Positions 53,679 through 64,000 of a DNA stretch of 64,000 nt are shown in pieces; position 1 is the stretch's first letter; each line of letters begins with the position of its first letter. Both the position numbers and the translations under genes were made by a program. The notes under the pieces were generated by a model. That model saw nothing but the letters and a program-made list of their open reading frames with translations. It was not told the origin of the DNA and did not search any database. This DNA comes from Catajapyx aquilonaris (taxonomy: Eukaryota), in NCBI GenBank assembly GCA_000934665.2, contig KZ537984.1, positions 1 through 64,000 on the forward strand, written 5' to 3'.

Positions 53679-53742
53679 TTTCAAAACCGGGTGAATGCTT
53701 ATGCAGTCGTACATCTCACTGAGAGGTTTCCCGAACTCCAGT
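53679..53742 (-). CDS. divergent RhoGAP-domain protein, exon with the domain N-terminal motif
   Basis: Acceptor atgcattag|A (phase 2) and donor AAA|gtaagc (phase 0). LEFGKPLSEMYDCISIHPVLK matches the RhoGAP 'FG.pL......vP.vl' signature. Confidence 0.85.
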
Positions 53743-54063
53743 CTAATGCATGCCACAAAATGTAGATCAATCAATAACATAAATAAAGTCTATTACGTAT
53801 GCATAGACATTATAAAGAACAAGCTGCATCTGCTCATGACGATTAACAATAATATCATGGGTAAAGGATTCACATTTTGGCCTTCAATGACAACACACAG
53901 TCTGCTACAATTCAGTGAAATTATGGAACATTACAATTTAAAATAACAAAGCGGGCAAATGCTAAGGTGGATTAGCATTCTGGCCAATAATGACAAACAG
54001 TATACGGTATTGCGATTAAGAAAACTTAAGAGTTCAAGTTAGTGGCGTAATCATTATTCATAC

Positions 54064-54091
54064 CTGAGGTCTTCCATGATGGGAATGGAAG
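54064..54091 (-). CDS. 28-nt micro-exon of the RhoGAP-like gene, containing an in-frame ATG (54077; MEDLR)
   Basis: taatttcag|CTTCCATTCCCATCATGGAAGACCTCAG|gtatga. The phase 2 donor matches the phase 2 acceptor at 53742 (AG+A = Arg). The ATG is in an ATCATGG context. Confidence 0.65.
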
Positions 54092-54178
54092 CTGAAATTA
54101 TTCGAAAATAATTTGTTGATAATATTAGAGCGACACCCTAATTTCTGATAATCAACGAGTAAAATGTCTCGCTTATAC

Positions 54179-54317
54179 CTGAAGTTCGACCAATTATTGA
54201 AACGCTTGCTGACATGTGCTCAGTTGAACTTATCTCCCAAACCGTACAATCCCTGGAACCAGAGGCGAGATTGGTTCCAAGACACTGCCAACGCGTGCAG
54301 TACTCATAAGCTGCCAT
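54179..54317 (-). CDS. possible first coding exon of the RhoGAP-like gene (MAAYEYCTRWQCLGTNLASGSRDCTVWEISSTEHMSASVSIIGRTS)
   Basis: ATG at 54317 in an ACCATGG context lies within ORF 54138..54407. Donor CAG|gtataa is phase 1, in frame with the micro-exon across an 87-nt intron. This could instead be 5' UTR. Confidence 0.45.
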
Positions 54318-57300
54318 GGTAACTCGCAAACAATCATCTAACAACAATGGCCTAGAATCAGGTGTATACAAGCCCGAGTGTACTGTTTCTGACCCTGAGT
54401 AAAACAATCGTCTTTGGGTCTCCGGCTCGAGTTTCGGGGCATAAATATAGTCAAAAAATTCCAGGCATCAATCCAAAAAACCGAGTGGAATTCAGCTCAT
54501 TCCTGCCAGCTCGACATAAAAGTCGATGTTGTCGTTCGTAATGCTCCAAAATTCCGAACCCGATCTAGATTTCCTATTGATTTCTTCTCTCCTTGGTCCT
54601 CGTCCCTTGCTGCTATCATCTGATTATGTCGGAGATCAAGTGGAGAAGAGAGAAAGAATGCGATCCTTCTCTCCTTTTCGTGTCATCCAGATGCCATTGC
54701 AGCAGTTTAAAAACGAGGTTTGGAGCAGTCAGCTGCACAGCATGGCATATTATGGCTCCAAGTGTGTTATTTTGATCAAGTGTCAGGAAAAGGTCTGCAG
54801 ATAATGGACATTCAGTGTGAATTAGGAATAAGTATGTTTGTCGCAGCTTTCAGGATGATTGATGAATAACTTAATGTAAATATTAAAATACCGTATATTA
54901 GACTGACGAAGATATTTACTGACTCACCGCGTGTGTAAATAAATCACTCCAAATTGTCATTTGCAATAAAATTTTCGCTTTAGAAAATTGAATGCGACCA
55001 TATATTTTCTTTAACGTACGATCCGCAGAATTTCACTTTGTGCGTCGAGTTAAAATGAGCAGTTTTCTCTCCAACGCATCTGTTTTCTTCTCTGAAATAA
55101 AGTCGTCTATATACAACCACAGCGTATGCAAATGACGAGAATGCTATTTTCTCTTGTGTTCCGCAGGTTTATTCGTTCACTGAAGAATTTAGTTTCAAAC
55201 GACGCGGTCTCAGACCAGAGGAAATTCCTTCCTTGGCGAATTGCCTTCTTTGACTTTAGTTAACCTTCCAATCTCATTGCCAATTGAGAATCCTCCGAAA
55301 AGAGCGACTTTTGGAAATAGGCAGCTTTTTTTCCCTCCCTTTCTTCTTCTAACTGTAAGAACGTTCTCTCTACTTCCACAATCACGCCGACTACTTTGCT
55401 GCCACATCATACAAGCCTTGGTTGCATCTTCTAACTTCGTAGTTTATCAGTTCGCCCCAAAATTAGCCCAGATCAAAGCAAGTTGCAGATTTTCAAAAAT
55501 CCACATGTACAAGAGTATAATCCGGAGGGAAAATCCCACCAAGGGCCATATATAGGATGAAGGTGAGTCGAGTTCCACAGCAGTATCAGCGCCCGACTTA
55601 TACAAAAACGGTTTCGTGATTCCAATGGGACTCATTGGAACGGGAACCCATTTGCCTCCAGGGCGGAACCAATTTGTGGGGGAATTGAGGCCCCCCCTGG
55701 CGTAGACAAAAGAGTTGGTACTGATAAATTGTTCCTCAAGAGCTTTGCACCGTATTCCCGCCAGTGCTTATTCCAGTTTGTACTTCGATGATCAAACATA
55801 AGACTTGTATACACACAAGCCCTGATGAGAGGTCCGTCCCATAAGGAAGATATATGCATCGTACAATAATAATAATCTGTCATGAATCCAGATGGAGTTT
55901 TACACGCAAAAAGCAGCTTGTCATTCGTGAGTGTGTACGATCACAATCAAGTGTATGAAATCCCTAAGAAAAGTTGGAAATTCGCTTTTTCCTGTCAGTC
56001 GCACTGCTCGCGATCGAACTGTAACTATTGATCAAATAAGATTTTCCATCTCCCTCTCCCCTATTTTCTTCCCCCATTCTCTTCCCCCCTTTCCCTTGTT
56101 TACCATCGCCCAGCTCTTACATCAAAGTGTTTGCACTACTCCCTGTAACTTAATATATTCCGTCTCAAGTGCCCCCCATCCTGATCCCCACAATATCTGG
56201 AGATGAAATCCATTAAGTTTCCTTCCAAATAATAAGAAATCCCTTTCCTTGTTTTTCAGGCTTTGATCAGTATCACGTGAGAGTTGCTTTCAACTCACCC
56301 GATCCATTCTTATATTGCCATTCCCCCCCCTTCTTTTTTTCCTTAATGATAATAACGCAGCATCACTCTGCATCTTTAATGGTGCGACTTGTCACCTTAT
56401 TATAGCAGGCGAAAATACATTAACTGCAATTTATGCAGCATCCCGTGTGAGCTTTGCAAGGAGCGAGGACCGGGCTACAAATTGGGTCTTTAAATGGTGG
56501 GTCTAATAAATTATTAATTGGAGCAAGCCAATGGAAAATGCTGGAAATGTTCACGCCCCCATGAGCTTAGCATTCGCTCCGATGGCCCCCAGTTGATCTC
56601 ATTCTAACGTCACGCTACAGAGAGTAAGGCGAGCGAAAAACGAACTAAGAAATAAATCAGTCCCCTTATATTCAAGGGGGGACCCCCCTGAGGAGCAGAT
56701 GTGCTCTAATGGACCAACCCCCCTCTGCTGCAATACTCAAGGGTGTCAGCCATTTTCCTCCGGATTATTGCAACTCGTAGTTAGGCGGTCGATATGCAGT
56801 TGTTGCATACGTATATACACAGCCAGGCAAGCGATAATACGTGTCAACATTGCCGGAGCACAACCAGGACTGAACCGCATTACGGAACTAAAGCATTAAT
56901 AAACCTGCCTGTTTAGAAAGCTCTCGTATTTCGGCGATGGATCACTCGTGTATGTACTGTACCTGTCATCGCATTTTCAAGGCAAGTACACAGCACTTCA
57001 CATTGGCCAAGATGCACAAACCTTTCGTGGTAAGAAGTTTAGTATTGGTGGGATGTCCATTGGCTTTTTTTCCTTTCAAATAGGTAAAAGGCTCGCGTCT
57101 TTTACTCCATGAGCAAGTTTCCTTGGACGTCTTGCAGCAAACGCCAAGATCCTGACAAGGCTAACAAACGAAGGCAATAAAAGTCAGAGTAAACGAGAGA
57201 TAGTGGGATCCCATTTCTGATTCTTTTCCCTCCCTGCCACCATTAGCAGGAAACACGACGAGCCAATTGCACTTTGAGAGCTCCGGATTACACCTCTGCG

Positions 57301-60300
57301 CACACGCACTTTTTTTTCTATTTTTTTCTATACCTTTCGAGCTCCAAAGGCAAGCTTCCTTGTACGAATATAAAACAGGGCCCATATATTATAGAGCTGG
57401 CTTCTGCCCGGATCCATCAGTCACAGCGACCCCCAACACGACCACTTTTTCCCACGCAAGAGCAACCGAGATAACACGCGGATTTTCAGCTGGATATCCA
57501 TATTAGTTCCACACGTCTATGAAGATTATGCATATGAGCAAATAGTTCGTGGGAAATGACACGGGCAGCGATTCCACCAGATACTGCACGCCCCAGTCGA
57601 TATCAAGTTGAATTTACATTTCATGCACCGCTTAATTAGGACCCTGCGAATTGCGCTACTGTATAATATGAACGATACATAAACGTTCAGTCGCTTTTCA
57701 TCTCATTACTTGGCTTATAGAGAGAAAAGGAGAACTCACTAATATTATAACTGAGGTCAATTAGTTCCTTACACTGTCCTGCACAGTATGTTGTAAGGTA
57801 AAATATCTCATGTAGTTCTTGCCCATGCGATGTATACCATTCGCCTCTAATAATAATTAGCTAATACAGACCTTATCATACAATATGAAGAGCTCTAATT
57901 GTGGTTATGAACCCCTATGGAAGTGAATATTGAACAATTTAGTATTCTCCGAGAAAAAAATGCTTTCATTTTGATTTGTTATATTCTTATAATGGTTTAA
58001 AAATCAACGTGCCCGAAAATTCGGTGATGGTGTTAGAATATCCTCTTCCAGCAGGCATCAAATAACTTTTACTGCCCAGAGCTTGCATCCCTGATTACCT
58101 CGAAAGCGTCTCAAATGCTTTTATAACTACATTTATGAACTACTACAGCCCGTAGAGCACAGAATCATCGGGGTAGCTTTAGTGGATCATGGAATCGAGG
58201 TGGGGATATTTTATAGCTCACCCATTTCCTTCGAACTAGGTAGAGATTTTGTGTAAGGAGGTCAGCGCAAAATAGTCTATGATCTAGATAGAGCTCAATT
58301 ACTAGTCTCGGCCAGATACTAATAATAATTAATAGCTGGCTGGTGCTATTTCTACTTTCTGCTCCTTTTGCACCACCATCCTATACCAAAGAGCAGTTTT
58401 TTCCAAAAATCCAACAGCAAATTGACTTGTGCGAAAGTTCAAATAGGCTTGCTCGAAAGACAGGCAAACGCTTACACAACTGTCGCCTGGCGACGAGAAT
58501 CCCCTTTTGCGTAAGTGCACACTAGATTTGACCCTGCTTATCATATATATAAGGGTCGCAGAGGGAAGCGACACAAAATTTCTCATCATCCTGCAAACGC
58601 GATTGTAGGGGAGAGAAAATAATGGTTCGTCGAGAGCACACTCGATGTTTTATAACCAGTTCTGGGTCCGAAATGGGAAGAAGGTCGGCCTCTTAGGGAC
58701 ACCCACCTCTCTCTCTATATTTTTTTCCTCCGACAAATCTTCCCTTTCCTCTTCTCCAAGTAAGCTCATATACCACGTATAGGCAAGTGGCAAAAGAGGC
58801 GGCAGGCAGGACCTCCCCACCATTTCACGCCCCATTCCTTCCAGAATAAAAATAACAAGATTGTGGAGATGAAGAAAATCCGCTTCCCTAGGCTCATTTC
58901 CCAGCATGACTCCCACCGCTTTTCTCGAATCTGAGTCCTCCCCCACCTCAACCCAAAAAGAAAAAGAAGAAAAAAAAGAGGGGACGAACACACACCCTCG
59001 TCCATCATCTTTCCTTCTCCAGAAGAAAACTCTGCACGGTACATGAGTTCTGTCCAAAACAACTCGGACGGTTGCCTACATCAGACCTGAGGATGAGTTT
59101 GCGAAAAAAGAAGAACACGCTGCGGGTAGCCCATTCGTGCTTGTCTTCACTCAGGTTTTCCTCTCTCCTCAAAAAATGGGCGTGTGGGCAACCCATAAAG
59201 GAAAAACAGTTCAAGGACAATAAGTAGTAGCTAGCCAGTCGTTACCTTCTCTCTCTCTCTTTTTTTCAAAAAAAAGTTGGATGCTTCAGAAAAATGAGAA
59301 AATGCACGCTGAGGAAGCAGTGAAGGGTTCCAGTCTTGCATCATCTTTCTTGGGCTTACAGCACAGGTAAAGGTCTGTTCAGAGAGAGGGGCCACGCTGT
59401 GGGGGTTCCCATGCGCTTCCTTTTCACCAGCAGAGCACGTTGACAAGCAAAAAGAAGTGATCTGTGACCCACCCTCCCTCCATCACTCTTCTCTCTCTGG
59501 CCTCTCTTTTTGAAAAGAGGTGGGGGTAGTCTTGAGGAAGATGGCCACGTCGCACGCGATACTTTGCCAGATTCCGCTCTGGATAGGCCAGTTTATGGGG
59601 CAGAAGGTTGTGGGTATAAAGGGATCCGGCCAGGGCTTTATCTTGCAGGAATTATCTCATCCATCACCGTGTGTTAGACTCGGTTTAAACTGATGTAAAC
59701 ATGCTTCCGAGGTGGATTTACTAGTCTGTCATGAGGACGAATATAAACGAAGTTGTAATGAAACGGTTTTAAGCAGGCTCGTAGTTGAAGTCACTGCAGA
59801 TGGACAGGCGAAAATTCATCATGCAGAAGTGAAAGAAATGTGTCCATGTCCAATCACGTACTGTACTCCACAAGTGAAAATTTGAACCAATGGATTACAC
59901 CGTGAGAAACAGTCATTACGTGAAAATCTGCCACTAAAGGAGCAATATTTAATAATTAAAAAGTGCTATATATTTCAATGCAATAGCGGAATCCCTGGCA
60001 TGACAATTGGAGTGACATTAATGCCCTACTTGCTTAGTGTACAGTACGTAAGTAACAGTCGCAACAGACAATTCAGCTGACGCTTACACATTACGTGGAA
60101 GAACTGGCGCGACAAAATAATGGCACACCCATTAAAGTGCTGCAGAACGCAGTCCACTTTGATCCACGTGAAATAATGGTGTCGATTATCTCCAGGGAGA
60201 ATGACGTTATTTGCACTAATCTTTGGGCGCTTTGTGTCGCGGTGAGATATCAAAGTATAGAATCCATGCATTAATTTCCTGCAACGTTCGAAAAGCAGGT

Positions 60301-63300
60301 TCACTTTGATCTCTGTCAATGCAAAGCTAAATTTCATTGCTCTGCCACGTCGCTGCAGTCACATTGAATCAACGAAGGGGGGGAAGGCCACCGCATGCCA
60401 GCGATTAAAAAATGTAGAGCACTGGAGCAAAAAAGTCGCGTTTCCAATAACGAACTAGACTTTGCCCCGGAAAATGGCGAAAAATGGCTGCCCTCAATTC
60501 ACAGGAGAGGTAACTCAAAATATATTGCCACGGATATGTCAACTGCATGTACAGCAATATGAATCAAACTGGCAGAGACGTGAAGGTTTCAACTCTCAGG
60601 GGGTTTCGAACAATCAACATTATACAAGTGCTGCACCAGTAGGATAATTGAAATGCCAACTTTGGCTGTTCAATTGTCGAAATTAGGCGAATATTATGCT
60701 GGCCTGCCTGTAATCACTATTTAATTTGTTCGGCGGTAATTAGTTGAGATATGCAATTATCAGTAATGTGCAAATTTTATATAGGCAAATTAATCATCCT
60801 CTCGTCGTCACTTTGGCAATTAATTCGCAAAACCACACTTGGAATGTGTTAATCACAATCATATAGTAAATTTCCGTGGTAATGAAGAGAGCAAGCAGAC
60901 AATGAGATTATCCGGAGAATGCAAATATTACTAATGGTTAAATATTAGTGTGTAATTCATTTATTATTATAATCAGTAATATATAGAATTTAGCAGGCCA
61001 TATACACTATAATTACCCGAATGGCGAATACGTGCATCGCATAGAAATATTATAGTGTATACGGTAAGCAAAATTATGGCCTCATGTGTGTATTACTGTA
61101 ACTGGCTTTCAACAACTGCTATGATACGATGAGGCAGACATTCATAATTTCTTTATCTCTGAATAGATAGATAGAGTTACTTATAACTACTTCATTGGGG
61201 TGTGCACGAATTCACTCATCTTGCTTACTGACCCACACCTGTACATATAGTGCCGAAACATTTTCTGGCAATGCTCTTGATGATGATGTTTTCCGTCCCA
61301 TTGCTCGAGAATTTTATGCGACAATCAACTGCAGGGACAGGTTCTGTTAAAGCCACGACTACTCTGCTACTTGCTATTATTTAGTGACTCTTTCCTTTCA
61401 TCACTATACTCATTTTGCAAACTTCAAACGAAGCATTTCAACAGTTAGGTGCCCCCAAAAATACAGCCCATTAAATTACAGAAAATTAAGTCCACCTCAT
61501 GGAAACAACTCTGTAAATTCCGGGTATGCGCGAACCATTTAAAATATACAGCTCCAAACATGCGAAAGAAAAGCACGCGTTATGGCTATAGCAGCGGATG
61601 TTTACAAGCGCTGGCCTAATATTTTACATCATAGGCATCGCCGGGCATAGCGGTTTTTTATATTTTAAAAAAACACCTACGACTGTCAGAGAAACTAACA
61701 CTACATTCCCCACATGGTCCATTTTTCTCGCCTGACATTTATAACCTGCTAAAATGGCGGATTGAAAACGGGGCGCGAATTAATTTCGCCTGCTCCACAA
61801 CTGCTTTTCATTCTCTCCAAATGGGACGGTTGGCACCGTTTTGCGCTTTATGTACAGATGGACTGCGGACGTTTCATTTCAAATAGCCGCAGTCACAAGC
61901 CATAAAGTGGGGTTTTGGTTTTCCGCCTCAACCTTACGACGACGATGGGGGACCCCATGCCCCATGCTTGCTGCTGGCTTTTACTCCATTTTCGTTGGGG
62001 GTTTGGGCCGCTTCTCCTATCTCGCCTAGTCTTAACTCCACATTACTACGCCACATTACGATCCCGACTCTGCATTTTGCCCATTACGCTGTTCCCGGAT
62101 GTAAGTCCACGGTTTCCATCTAATTTCACAAGGAGTCGTTTCCATCAAGGGGCTGCCGGTGCGAACGCGGCCACTTTTAGGCAAGTGCGTAACGTCTTCT
62201 CACCAACTTGGGAGTCGGAGATGCATAAATTTTCATTATTTTTTACGACGTCGTGACAAGGTGAAGTCTTAAAAGTGACAAGTGAAATATAAATTATCAC
62301 TTTTGAATAAGCAGCGTGGGAGACAGGGGAAGACTTTTCATATAGTCTGGCAGGCACAGGAAAACATATTTCGAGATAAAGCTATACTTTCTGGAGATGT
62401 AATTAGTCTGAAATCAAAATGAAATTCATTTTTAAACAGAGAGTTAGGACAGAAATATTGGGAAAATTATTGCGACTTTTCTGCAGAGGCGTTCGCATAA
62501 GGCTGTACATGTACAGTTAGATGGAATCATTATTCTATCAGAATACGACTGTGTATTGTACATACAATGTTAGCAGCATGCACACACTTGGACACAGGCT
62601 GGAAATTCACTATTGTATACAGAATAATGAGATGATTAAAATAATAATAGATGTTGTAAGGCTGGAAAATTAATTAACTGGGCCTAGCATATTAATGAGA
62701 GGCAAAAAAAACCCCTGCAGTATTTCGGCCTGCAACTTGCATTTTGTGCTCCAGCATCACAGGCGGGAAACAAAAGGAAACTATTGTTTAAAAAATAACA
62801 CAAACCAGCAGGGCCACACGCGCTTTGCTTAACAAAAATGCACCAATTAGTTCCAAATACACCGCAACTAATTACCACACTGTCGAATGCATGCCTTCAT
62901 AAAATAATCAACCAGCTTCAAGGAGACTTTCCAAAAATTGCACGACATACAGTTACTAGTAACAAACTGTATGCCGCGCAATGTTTGGAAAGTAACTAAC
63001 CCAGGAGTCATTACAAGTTTTACTTGTAACATTACGCATTTATTTGCACCTATATTGGCGGGGTTGGTGATTGTTTACCCCAGCAACCAGCCGGCCATGA
63101 CAAGACCAAATATACCAGACATCTTCACAATATATGCTGACTTCTCACTTGCATGCACCGCAGGAAATAAAAGTCTGAGAAATCCGGTGGTCCTCTGGTC
63201 CCCCCCCCTCTACAGCAGCATGTAATAGTGTGGAAATCTTTCCCTGTCCAAATGGCAGGGTGAGGGGAGGGGGGGAGAGGGTAGTTTTCAGATTCCCCTC

Positions 63301-64000
63301 GTCACATTCCCCTGTCGGCCAAGTCGGCCCCGGAATTTGAATTCAGAAACCCTGACGGCAGACAGCTGGGTAACCTCTGCAAATCAACCTGCGGTCCATT
63401 TCCATCAGTCTCCTGATCGAATTCGTATCAGTGGGAGGGGAATAGAAGAGCAGATCCCTGGAGTAGGGTGAGAATACTGCACAGAAAAAAAAGGCGATAG
63501 AAAAATCTTTCTTCTCTCACTTTTTTCCTTATTCTCTCTCTTCCTATGGAAACTGTTGTATTCGAGCAAATTTCCGTTCGAGGAAGAAGCCTTTTTTTAA
63601 AACGAAGGATTCTGTCCGAAAACCGAGCCTATACTTCCGCTCATTCTCAGGTGAGGAAAATCCCCCCGGTATTTCCTCCAACTTTTCTGTTTGTTTAGGA
63701 GTTATAAAATGGTAAAGAGAACCCATGTCTACTCTTTTCAACTTGCGTTTGCTCAGGCTTCTTTTCTAAGCTGAGAGGAAAGAGAGTAGTTAAATACTGT
63801 GGTCTGTGCAGGAGCACGTTCATTCGTCTCCTCCAGACTTTGGGAGATAAAATTGGGAACACGTACGTTTACCTTGGACCCAACACCGAAACTTTTTTTT
63901 TCTTCTCGCTTGTGTTCTTATTCTTAAGAGAATTAACAGCGGGGGATCTGTGCGGTTGAACGTCCTGTATCTTGGCAGGAAATTGCTTGAGAACGGGGGT

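Noticed and set aside
54470..55100. Possible further upstream coding exons of the RhoGAP-like gene
   Set aside because: Splice-like sites exist, but I could not build a stop-free, phase-consistent chain; at most 5' UTR.
34288..60170. Exact 15-mer ACTTTGATCCACGTG (TCF site + E-box) at 34288 and 60156
   Set aside because: A few exact 15-mer repeats are expected by chance in 64 kb, and the flanks are unrelated.
63982..63993. 12-nt match to the miR-137 mature sequence (ATTGCTTGAGAA)
   Set aside because: It diverges immediately afterwards (CGGGGG instead of TACACGTAG) and no star arm is visible.
1..64000. CRISPR arrays, tRNA/rRNA genes, tRNA-derived SINEs, operons
   Set aside because: No regularly spaced repeat-spacer units, paired A/B boxes with a cloverleaf, rRNA motifs or dense ORF packing were seen by eye; a covariance-model search (Infernal/tRNAscan-SE) was not run.

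Overview
Gene-poor eukaryotic DNA, probably invertebrate given the short GT-AG introns, GA/CA microsatellites and many small DNA-transposon relics. No prokaryotic gene architecture, CRISPR array or recognisable RNA gene was found. Almost all ORFs in the track look non-coding. One real gene can be built by hand on the minus strand (~51214-54317). It has 6-7 coding exons joined by phase-consistent GT-AG introns and encodes about 740 aa (ATG 54077) or 791 aa (ATG 54317). The protein has a highly divergent N-terminal RhoGAP domain, then a polybasic/amphipathic segment, a Cys/His cluster and a long acidic tail with five 10-aa repeats. The Arg finger is kept, but the Asn194-equivalent and the N-x-M motif are lost, so it may be a pseudo-GAP or have altered specificity. 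The ORF track splits this domain into unrecognisable pieces. The rest of the window holds a 5'-truncated RTE-like LINE fragment at the left edge, a 94-bp near-perfect palindromic MITE-like element, a 22-bp perfect hairpin, a dispersed family of tiny CAGGGTG-ended MITEs, other TIR relics and two weak candidate decayed reading frames.
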